Source: an uncultured Candidatus Saccharibacteria bacterium (GTDB taxonomy: Bacteria > Patescibacteriota > Minisyncoccia > Phycocordibacterales > CAIZLB01). Taken from it: DNA of 64,000 nt. The stretch is taken from assembly GCA_964368945.1 (NCBI GenBank), contig CAYJDM010000002.1, forward strand, positions 85,386 to 149,385, read 5' to 3'. Of the stretch, positions 47,208 through 55,120 are shown in pieces; position 1 is the stretch's first letter, and every line of letters begins with the position of its first letter. Both the position numbers and the translations under genes were made by a program. Below the pieces are notes generated by a model. That model searched no databases. It saw nothing but the letters and a program-made list of their open reading frames with translations, and had not been told where the DNA came from.

Positions 47208-47564
47208 ATGAAACGAACTATCAATCTAACTCCACGAAAACGACGACAGCAGCGAATCCGAGCAAAGGTTTCGGGCACGGAGTCTCGACCGCGACTTTCT
47301 ATCTACAAGTCGAATGCTGAGATGTATGCTCAGATCATAGACGATGCAAAGGGAACGACTCTTGTTTCTGCTTCATCAACTAATCTCAAGGGTGCCAAAG
47401 GCGCTACAAAGACAGAGCTGGCAAAGGCTGTCGGAACTGAGATCGCAAAGCTCGCTCAGGCTAAGAGCATCACTAAAGTCGTATTCGATCGAGGTGGATT
47501 CATCTTCACCGGCCGAGTCAAGGCTTTGGCTGATGGCGCGAAGGAAGGAGGACTTGAATTTTAA
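47208..47564 (+). CDS. rplR: 50S ribosomal protein L18.
   Basis: L18 family similarity. Confidence 0.9.
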   Translation: MKRTINLTPRKRRQQRIRAKVSGTESRPRLSIYKSNAEMYAQIIDDAKGTTLVSASSTNLKGAKGATKTELAKAVGTEIAKLAQAKSITKVVFDRGGFIFTGRVKALADGAKEGGLEF

Positions 47565-47575
47565 TCAAAATATTT

Positions 47576-48349
47576 ATGAACGACACTGAAACAAACCCAA
47601 TCGAACAAGAAGTAACTCCAGAAATGGAAGCGGCGCCTGCAACCATGGCTGCTGAAGAGGCACAGACTACTGAAGCGGCTGCAACAGCTGCTCCTACGCC
47701 TGCAGCTGCTCCTTTTGGCAACTCTTCTCCGCGAACAGGCGGATATGCTCCACGAAGCGGTTTCGGTGGTGGCAATCAGGGTGGTTTCGGTGGGCGAGGA
47801 CGAGGCGGCGATAGCCGAGGCGGTCCACGAGGTGGAGGCCGAGGAGGTCCACGACGAGAAATGCGAGCTAAGCCCGAATTTGATCAGAAGATCATCGATA
47901 TCCGACGAGTGACTCGAGTATCATCAGGAGGACGACGATTCAGCTTTGCTGTATCGCTTGTCGCTGGTGATCGAAAGGGACGAATCGGAGTGGGAACAGG
48001 CAAGGGAGGCGATACTGCTCTCGCGGTAGAAAAGGCTTTCCGAAGCGCAAAGAAGAACCTCATCACTTTGAATCTTACGAAGTCTGGAAGCATCTCTCAT
48101 GATGTTAAGGCGAAATATTCAAGCGCTCGGGTAGAAATGTCGCCGGCTCCTGGAAAGGGAATTGCTGCCGGCAGCTCAGTTCGAGACGTTATCGAGCTTG
48201 CAGGTGTCAAAGACATCGTTGCAAAGCTACGATCTGGAACAAAGAATAAGCTTAACAATGCCCAGGCTGCGGTACTCGCACTCTCTATGGTAAAGAAGCC
48301 TCGAGTACGAAAGGCTGCAGATTCTGCTGCAAAGGATTCAGCTAAATAA
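47576..48349 (+). CDS. rpsE: 30S ribosomal protein S5, with an N-terminal Ala/Glu/Thr- and RGG-rich extension of about 90 aa.
   Basis: The S5 dsRBD and C-domain begin around aa 95. Extension contains GGFGGRGRGGDSRGGPRGGGRGGPRRE. Confidence 0.9.
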   Translation: MNDTETNPIEQEVTPEMEAAPATMAAEEAQTTEAAATAAPTPAAAPFGNSSPRTGGYAPRSGFGGGNQGGFGGRGRGGDSRGGPRGGGRGGPRREMRAKPEFDQKIIDIRRVTRVSSGGRRFSFAVSLVAGDRKGRIGVGTGKGGDTALAVEKAFRSAKKNLITLNLTKSGSISHDVKAKYSSARVEMSPAPGKGIAAGSSVRDVIELAGVKDIVAKLRSGTKNKLNNAQAAVLALSMVKKPRVRKAADSAAKDSAK

Positions 48350-48359
48350 TTTCAAATAT

Positions 48360-48797
48360 ATGCAAATTCACGAACTAAAGCCAAGAACAAAACGAATGAA
48401 GTCCGCTCAGGTAGGGCGTGGTGGAAAGCGTGGCAAGACATCTGGACGAGGAACAAAGGGACAGAAGGCTCGAGCTGGACGAAAGATCCGACCTGAACTC
48501 CGAGATATGATCAAGCGATTGCCTAAGCTCCGAGGACGAGGAAAGAGCACATTCAAGTCTTTCGCTGTAAAGCCATTGGCTATCAATCTCTCATCTCTCA
48601 ATGCATTCGCATCTGGAGAAAAGGTAACTCCAACGACTCTTATCTCTAAGGGCGTCATCTCAGAATACAAGGGCCGAGTTCCGGCTGTTAAGATTCTTGG
48701 CACAGGAGAAATCAATACAAAGCTCACTTTCGAAGGTTGCACAGTCTCGGCTTCTGCCAAGGAAAAGATCGAGAAGGCGGGCGGAACTATCAAGTAG
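48360..48797 (+). CDS. rplO: 50S ribosomal protein L15. It follows rpsE directly, with no L30 gene between them.
   Basis: L15 Gly/Arg/Lys-rich N-terminus (GRGGKRGKTSGRG). Confidence 0.9.
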   Translation: MQIHELKPRTKRMKSAQVGRGGKRGKTSGRGTKGQKARAGRKIRPELRDMIKRLPKLRGRGKSTFKSFAVKPLAINLSSLNAFASGEKVTPTTLISKGVISEYKGRVPAVKILGTGEINTKLTFEGCTVSASAKEKIEKAGGTIK

Positions 48798-48831
48798 CAC
48801 CCGAGAACGGGTATAGGGTACAATACGAACC

Positions 48832-50103
48832 ATGAATACATTTTTCACCAAGCTAAAAGCAATCGTCGGAGACCGATCGCTTCGTAATAGAATTTTGATG
48901 GCTCTCGGAATCATCGCGATTTTCCGATTGCTTTCTGCGATTCCTGTTCCGGGCGTTAACCAGGCTGCGCTTACTCAGTATCTCGCTGATAGCGAATTCC
49001 TAGGATTCCTCAACATCTTCGCCGGAGGAGGCCTTTCTATCCTCTCGATCGTAATGCTCGGTGTCGGTCCGTACATCACGGCTTCGATCATCATGCAGCT
49101 TGCGACGGTACTGTCTCCTCGACTCAAGTCTATGGCTACTGAGGAAGGGGATTATGGACGAAAGAAGATCGCTCAGTATTCTCGACTCATGACGATTCCT
49201 CTGGCATTCATCCAGGGGTTCAGCTTCATCGTCTTGCTTCAGAAGCAGGGTATCGTATCGACTCTCTCTCAGTTCGACACTCTCGTAACCCTCTTCATAA
49301 TCGTGGCCGGCTCAATGCTCCTTATGTGGCTTGGTGAAGTAATGACTGAATTCGGCATTGGAAACGGCGTCTCGATGATCATCTTTGCCGGTATCGTCTC
49401 TCAGCTTCCTTCAGCGATCGCAACGCTCCGATTGAACTATGATCCTTCGATGATTACGACATATCTATTGTTCCTCATCGCGGGCGCTCTCACCGTATAC
49501 TTCGTGGTCTATATCACTGAGGCAGAGCGATCTATTCCCGTGACATATGCCAAGCAGATGCGAGGCAATAAGATGTATGGGGGCAGCTCTTCATACTTGC
49601 CGCTTCGATTGAACCAGTCAGGAGTGATGCCTATTATCTTCGCACTTTCCATCCTCGTTTTCCCGCGAATGATCCTCAGCGTCCTTACATATACTCAGTG
49701 GCCTTGGGTTGCTCCAGCCGCTACGTTCGTAAACGATATCCTCGCAAACCAGCTATTCTACGGAATCTTCTATTTCCTCCTCGTATTCCTTTTCACATTC
49801 TTCTATACAGCGGTGACATTCGATCCTCATGCTATCTCTGAGAACTTGCAGAAGTCTGGAGCGTTCATCCCTGGCGTTCGACCTGGAGAGTCTACGACTA
49901 CCTACCTAGGAAAGGTCGTGACTCGAATCACTCTCGTAGGAGCCCTCTTCCTCGGATTGATCGCGGTCCTTCCGGTTATCGTTCAGGCGGCTACAGGCAT
50001 TCAGAACATCACGCTTGGCGGTACATCTCTCTTGATCGTCGTTTCAGTGGTTCTCGAAATGGTGAAAAAATTCGAAGGTCAGCTTGCAATGCGGGAATAC
50101 TAA
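48832..50103 (+). CDS. secY: Preprotein translocase SecY.
   Basis: Ten TM helices and SecY signature regions. Confidence 0.95.
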   Translation: MNTFFTKLKAIVGDRSLRNRILMALGIIAIFRLLSAIPVPGVNQAALTQYLADSEFLGFLNIFAGGGLSILSIVMLGVGPYITASIIMQLATVLSPRLKSMATEEGDYGRKKIAQYSRLMTIPLAFIQGFSFIVLLQKQGIVSTLSQFDTLVTLFIIVAGSMLLMWLGEVMTEFGIGNGVSMIIFAGIVSQLPSAIATLRLNYDPSMITTYLLFLIAGALTVYFVVYITEAERSIPVTYAKQMRGNKMYGGSSSYLPLRLNQSGVMPIIFALSILVFPRMILSVLTYTQWPWVAPAATFVNDILANQLFYGIFYFLLVFLFTFFYTAVTFDPHAISENLQKSGAFIPGVRPGESTTTYLGKVVTRITLVGALFLGLIAVLPVIVQAATGIQNITLGGTSLLIVVSVVLEMVKKFEGQLAMREY

Positions 50104-50112
50104 ACGCAAAGA

Positions 50113-50203
50113 CAAAAGACCTTCCTCTCGCTAAGTCCTCGCAGAGGTGATTCGGAATCGAGTCACAGCTGCGGAATCGCAAGAGGAAGGTCTTTTGTTT
50201 TGC
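50113..50203 (+). terminator. Extended-stem terminator after secY. A 16-bp perfect closing stem (CAAAAGACCTTCCTCT / AGAGGAAGGTCTTTTG) encloses about 53 nt, then TTTTGC.
   Basis: Inverted repeats at 50113-50128 and 50182-50197, read directly. Confidence 0.55.
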
Positions 50204-50292
50204 TTAAAAAGTCATAAGCGTCGAATATTGCACGTATTTAATAACAGCATCCGCGCCTAAGAATGGAAAATGCTATATAATGATCGTACGAT

Positions 50293-50904
50293 ATGACACT
50301 CACAGCAAAAACTTTTATACTCATCGGCCAATCGGGCAGCGGGAAGGGGACACAGGCAAAGATCCTGGAAAATTTTCTAAAGAATCAGGATCCGCATCGC
50401 GCCATATTCCATCTCGAGACCGGCGCGCGATTCCGCGAATTCATCAAAGGCGGCTCGTATTCGAACAAGCTTGCTGCTCAGATCTCCGAGACTGGGGGGC
50501 GACAGCCGGATTTTTTGGCCATATGGAATTGGGCGCATATCATGCTCGAGCAGCTCAAAGGCGATGAGCATATGATCATCGATGGCACCCCTCGATCCTA
50601 TGAGGAGGCATTGGTTTTGGATACGGCGATGACATTCTATGGACGCATCAGGCCGACGGTAATCTATTTGGATGTTTCGCGAGAATGGTCAAAGGCCAGG
50701 ATCGTCAGCCGCGCTGAAAAAGAAGGCAGAAATGACGATCAGGGCATCGCGAAGATAGACAAGAGGCTTGATTGGTTCGAGACGGAAGTCATGCGAGGCA
50801 TCAAATATTTCGAGCAATCGAATGGATACCGCTTCATCCATGTCAATGGAGAGCAGTCGATAGAAAAAGTGGCGGAGGATATTCAGACAATGCTTGCCGA
50901 ATAA
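50293..50904 (+). CDS. adk: Adenylate kinase-like nucleoside monophosphate kinase.
   Basis: P-loop GQSGSGKGTQ. Sits in the conserved position after secY. Confidence 0.75.
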   Translation: MTLTAKTFILIGQSGSGKGTQAKILENFLKNQDPHRAIFHLETGARFREFIKGGSYSNKLAAQISETGGRQPDFLAIWNWAHIMLEQLKGDEHMIIDGTPRSYEEALVLDTAMTFYGRIRPTVIYLDVSREWSKARIVSRAEKEGRNDDQGIAKIDKRLDWFETEVMRGIKYFEQSNGYRFIHVNGEQSIEKVAEDIQTMLAE

Positions 50905-50947
50905 GCTGACGAATCGATGGCGACTCGAGTGCTCGATTGCGAAATGA

Positions 50948-50972
50948 CCTGATTGCGATCAGGCTTTTTTGT
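50948..50972 (+). terminator. Small terminator after adk.
   Basis: CCTGAT-tgcg-ATCAGG, then C and T6. Confidence 0.55.
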
Positions 50973-50991
50973 TCATGATATGATTTACTCC

Positions 50992-51246
50992 ATGAATACA
51001 GCAAAAGTTATAAAGATAATAGTCGGCATCGTAGTAGTTGCGGCCGCGATCTGGTTTATCTGGCATACGATAGGCAATCGCCCTCCTGCAAATACCGCTC
51101 CAGCAGAAGCGCCGTCTGAGCGAGACAGATTAACGGAAATAATGAAGACTTTCCCGACTACGGTAGATAGCGATGCGAGGGCTGAGCTCGAGGCGAAGAT
51201 GCGAGGAACTCCTTCGAAGGATCTAAAGGGGGCTATACGGCAATAA
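50992..51246 (+). CDS. Small single-pass membrane protein (hypothetical).
   Basis: TM helix IKIIVGIVVVAAAIWFIW. Start chosen after the terminator. Confidence 0.35.
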   Translation: MNTAKVIKIIVGIVVVAAAIWFIWHTIGNRPPANTAPAEAPSERDRLTEIMKTFPTTVDSDARAELEAKMRGTPSKDLKGAIRQ

Positions 51247-51285
51247 TTCGTTGTTATCAATAAAATTAAAGAATATAATACATCT

Positions 51286-51942
51286 ATGAAAAACAATAAA
51301 ATGAAAATGTCTCTACGCATAGGAGCATTGGTTCTCGCCGGAGTGCTCATCGGGGTAACCGCAAGCGCTCGAGCCGCGTGGACTAATCCTACGGCAACCC
51401 CTCCATCAGGAAATGCCGATGCGCCTTTGAATACTGGCTCGACTGCTCAGGGCAGGATGGGTGCGCTTTCAATTGGAAAAACATCGCCCACTTCAGGCAT
51501 CGCCCTCGATGTCGTAGGCAATGCCGCGGTCAATACGGGCGGGCTCGCGATCGGAACCTCTTCTACTTCAGGTGTCGCTCTCAACGTGAACGGATCTTCC
51601 GTCATAAATTCCATCGGAGTATTCAATTTGGTTGTCGCAACGGGCACTCCTGCTGCAGGCAAGGTCCTCACATCAGTCGATGGGGTGGGAACGGCAGGCT
51701 GGCAGACTCCTACCGCATCGATCCCGACTCCTACGTTCTATTCATATACCGGGGATATGCCAGGCTGGAATTCCGCTACGCAGACAATGTGGATCACGAT
51801 TGGAAGCTATTCATATTGCGCGATCAACAATATGGGTTCAGTTAACAACTTCGTAGCCCGAGTCCGAAAGAATGTTTCTACTGGCCTATGGCAGGTACAA
51901 TATGCCGGCATGACAGACGGATTCGGCGTCGCTTGTTTCTAA
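51286..51942 (+). CDS. Hypothetical secreted protein.
   Basis: Signal peptide. Gly/Thr/Ser/Ala-rich beta-type repeats. Confidence 0.45.
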   Translation: MKNNKMKMSLRIGALVLAGVLIGVTASARAAWTNPTATPPSGNADAPLNTGSTAQGRMGALSIGKTSPTSGIALDVVGNAAVNTGGLAIGTSSTSGVALNVNGSSVINSIGVFNLVVATGTPAAGKVLTSVDGVGTAGWQTPTASIPTPTFYSYTGDMPGWNSATQTMWITIGSYSYCAINNMGSVNNFVARVRKNVSTGLWQVQYAGMTDGFGVACF

Positions 51943-51976
51943 GCCCTACTAACCCTAATTTAAAAGGAAGCAATCC

Positions 51977-53257
51977 ATGAAGAATAAAAAAACAAAATCA
52001 TCCCTGCTGTCAGGCCTCATCGTGATGGCTGCTGCGGCCGCTTGCTTCGCCGTTTCGCTTTTTAGCGAGACGCCAAGCGTCGCCAATGCTCAAGGAGCTT
52101 CTGGAAACGTTGCCGGATTCGCTTGGTCTGCCAATACAGGATGGATTTCCTTCAACTGTACTAATACTTCTACATGCGGCACCATCTCATATGGCGTCAA
52201 TGTGGATGTGACTACAGGAAGCACGACTGGCTATGCCTGGTCTTCCAATGTCGGATGGATTTCCTTCAACCCTTCAGATCTTGCGGGTTGCCCAAGCGGA
52301 ACATGTGCCGCAAAGCTCCAGAGCGTAAGCGCGACGAATCAGAAGGGCGATAAGCCTCTCACTGGCTGGGCCAAGGCCGTACTTGGCGGCACCGCCGGAA
52401 CTGCCGGCTGGGATGGCTGGATCAGGCTCGATCATACTCAGAACAATGCGGTCTCATACAATTTCAAGACGCAGCAATTCACAGGATGGGCTTGGGGCTC
52501 TGATGTCATCGGCTGGATAAGCTTCAACTCACAGAACCAGGGAACCTCTCCGATATATGCCGTGACAGGTCCCGCTCCGACGATTCCGATCGACGATGTA
52601 TATGCTCTCGGCGGAATAGCCACGAGCTCGAAATGCGATGCTTCCAATGCCTCATATCTTGAAGTATCGGCTCCCGTAAACGGAAATGTCGGCCCTGATT
52701 TCACATATTCTGGATACTCAGTCACTTCCGCAGGAACGGTAAGCGCTTTGCCGACCGGATCGCTCTATGATGCGAGCAGCAGAATCGTATTCAAGCATTT
52801 CGTCTCTACGACAAGCCCATCATACAGATACGCGATCTATGCGCGAAGGACGAGCACGGGCGAATCCACTTCGACGGCGACATCGACGCTTACGGGCCTC
52901 AAATCGACTTTCACTTGCGATACGAATATGCCAGTCGATCCAGCCTCATTCAAATTCACTTCAAAGTCCTTCATTCTCAATCCCGATACGGTAAATGTAG
53001 GCGATCAATGCGTGGCATTCATGAGCTTTACCCATGACGGGGTGATTGATTCACAGGTAAGCGTAAATTGTACGCTGACAAGCCCTCCGGCAGCTCCTAT
53101 TGATCTGGGCTATCAGCTTACGAGCACCAGAAATGTAAATCCTGGCCTCCATACATATTCATGCACATTGGCAAGCTCGACGAATCCATCGACGATATAC
53201 AATACCTTCTCGATCTCTCGACGATGCTATAAGTCGACAGACGTAAAGGAGATCTAG
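51977..53257 (+). CDS. Hypothetical secreted protein with three G-[FYW]-AWS-x-N-x-GWISFN repeats.
   Basis: Signal peptide. Repeats: GFAWSANTGWISFNC, GYAWSSNVGWISFNP, GWAWGSDVIGWISFNS. Confidence 0.5.
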   Translation: MKNKKTKSSLLSGLIVMAAAAACFAVSLFSETPSVANAQGASGNVAGFAWSANTGWISFNCTNTSTCGTISYGVNVDVTTGSTTGYAWSSNVGWISFNPSDLAGCPSGTCAAKLQSVSATNQKGDKPLTGWAKAVLGGTAGTAGWDGWIRLDHTQNNAVSYNFKTQQFTGWAWGSDVIGWISFNSQNQGTSPIYAVTGPAPTIPIDDVYALGGIATSSKCDASNASYLEVSAPVNGNVGPDFTYSGYSVTSAGTVSALPTGSLYDASSRIVFKHFVSTTSPSYRYAIYARRTSTGESTSTATSTLTGLKSTFTCDTNMPVDPASFKFTSKSFILNPDTVNVGDQCVAFMSFTHDGVIDSQVSVNCTLTSPPAAPIDLGYQLTSTRNVNPGLHTYSCTLASSTNPSTIYNTFSISRRCYKSTDVKEI

Positions 53258-53297
53258 AAAATCAAAAAGCATAGAGCTAGAAATGGCCCGAGCCAAG

Positions 53298-53336
53298 ATG
53301 CCGCTTCCAATCGAATGGAGGCGGCATTTTGTCTTT
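53298..53336 (+). terminator. Rho-independent terminator.
   Basis: ATGCCGCTTCCA-atcgaa-TGGAGGCGGCAT, then TTTGTCTTT. Confidence 0.7.
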
Positions 53337-53339
53337 GGC

Positions 53340-53368
53340 TTGGATTTGCGCCGCCAGTAGTGTATCTT
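53340..53368 (+). promoter_or_regulatory. Promoter TTGGAT-17-TATCTT, 8 nt upstream of the map ATG (leaderless).
   Basis: Read directly. No SD is present. Confidence 0.4.
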
Positions 53369-53376
53369 TATCCCAT

Positions 53377-54183
53377 ATGGCCAGCAGTCTCAAGCTCAAG
53401 ACCCCAGAAGAAATAGCGATCCTCAGAGAAGGGGGTCGGCGTCTCGCCTTGATCCTCAAGGAACTCGAATCCATGGTAAAGCCAGGGGTTTCTTCTGCGG
53501 ATTTGGAAATGCGCGCTCGGGAGCTCTGCGCTCAGCATGAGGGCAAGCCGGCATTCATGGGGTATACGCCACGAGGCGCGGACCGGCCTTTTCCCGCAGC
53601 GCTCTGCCTGACAGTAAACAATGGCGTCGTCCATGGAATTCCTCATGAGAATCCGTATACGATCAATGAGGGCGATCTGGTGACCTTGGATATGGGCTTG
53701 ATCTATAAGGATATGATTACGGATTCAGCGATTACTGTCGCATGTGGAGATACGCTTGATAAAAAAGCCCGCGCCCTCCTCGAAGCCGGACAGAAATGCC
53801 TCGAAGCTGGAATCTTTGCTGCTCGAGCAGGAGCAAAGACAGGCGATATAGGTCATGCCATTGCAGAGGCCTTGGAATTTTATACAAAAACATATGGCTT
53901 CCATTTCGCAGAAGGACTAGGCGGACATGGAGTAGGATATTCCGTGCATGAGGATCCTTTCGTGCCGAACTTCTCTAGGCCGAATCAGGGCGTGGTGCTC
54001 GAGCCAGGACTCGTCATCGCCATAGAGCCTATAGTCAATGAAAAAGGCGAAGGCATAGTCCTCGAAGACGATGGCTATACGATCACCACCGAAGACGGCG
54101 GCAGAAGCGTTCACTTCGAGCATACCGTGGTAATTACGGCAAATGGAGACGACAGAGGCGCGGATATTTTGACCCAGGCTTAG
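53377..54183 (+). CDS. map: Methionine aminopeptidase, type I.
   Basis: Pita-bread fold. Metal ligands D, D, H, E, E are conserved (HGIPHE..., GHGVGYSVHE). Start at the ATG after the terminator and promoter. Confidence 0.85.
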   Translation: MASSLKLKTPEEIAILREGGRRLALILKELESMVKPGVSSADLEMRARELCAQHEGKPAFMGYTPRGADRPFPAALCLTVNNGVVHGIPHENPYTINEGDLVTLDMGLIYKDMITDSAITVACGDTLDKKARALLEAGQKCLEAGIFAARAGAKTGDIGHAIAEALEFYTKTYGFHFAEGLGGHGVGYSVHEDPFVPNFSRPNQGVVLEPGLVIAIEPIVNEKGEGIVLEDDGYTITTEDGGRSVHFEHTVVITANGDDRGADILTQA

Positions 54184-54189
54184 CCGACT

Positions 54190-55015
54190 AATCAAACAGG
54201 CCATCCATCAGGATTACATGGCGGAAAACGGGAAATAAAAAACCCGCCGCTGTATTCAGGGGCAGGGTGTATGAGCGCGTATGCTCGTGCATTGCATGGA
54301 AGGTTCCAGGCGGATGAAGGGATACGGCCCTCCATCCGCCCGTCTGCGTGCCGGCTTTCGCCGACCGCACGTTTGGTTCCTGGCGACGGCGTTATGGCTG
54401 TTTGAGCCTGCACCGCACCGGTATCCTCCTTTGGCTCCCATGACGAGAGCGTCGTCATGTCTGGCAAGTGCAGACCCTAATGGCATAAGTGCTATGCCGG
54501 GCCTGGAGCCATCCGCATGAGAGGACATGTATATAATAGCATATATAGGACATCCTGTCAAGTATATGTAGAAAATAAAAAAGCCGCTCCGATCGATTGT
54601 CGGATGCGGTCAATTTGGCGTCTGAGCGACGCGGTGGAACGTGCAAAAGGGTCTGAGCAAGGATCTATATGGTGAGGCGGACAGCGCTGCGAGAACTGGC
54701 GGAAAAGCCAGCCTCGCAGCGCCCGGTGCCCCGGCCCGACGGGCCTGTTGCTGACTGCGACACCGCCTCTCGCGTCCGCATGCATATCTCGGTGGCCATT
54801 CGGCGGTATTTGCGCATTCGGCTGCGCTTCACCGTCTGCCTTCTTGCGGACTCATTAAGTTTTGCATATCTGATATATAAGTCAATCTGCGAATATTCTA
54901 GAGACGATCGCCTGCTGGCGCGAATTTTGCATCCAGAATTTTACCACACTTGCTCGTTTCGTCCTCCGCAGCATGGGTATGGAGATAAAATCGGAAGCGA
55001 GGACCGGACAAACGA
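54190..55015 (+). ncRNA. Candidate large structured noncoding RNA, or degenerate region. About 830 bp, GC-rich and ORF-free. Family unknown.
   Basis: No ORF with a coding signature on either strand. GC is well above coding neighbours. Multiple strong local hairpins: GGCGGATG/CATCCGCC, CATGACGA-gagcg-TCGTCATG, GGCATA/TATGCC, GCCGCATCCGA-type. Confidence 0.3.
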
Positions 55016-55120
55016 ATGGGCGCGGAATTGCATTTCAGATATCTTGTCACATGTCTTCTGTTCAGCCTTCGCAGGAGGCACCATGTAATACAGGAAAATT
55101 TATTCGAACGACGAGGACAG

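Noticed and set aside
54290-54670. Possible RNase P RNA: GGAAGGTTCCAGG versus P4 GGAAAGTCCGGG, a complementary GCCTGGAGCC downstream, GAGCGACGC and GAGCAAGG boxes
   Set aside because: The putative P4 3' strand lies upstream of the GAGCAAGG box, which is the wrong order. No ACAGAA(A)CCCGGCTTA element is present. The spacing is too short for a canonical type A or B RNA. It is kept only as an unclassified ncRNA candidate.
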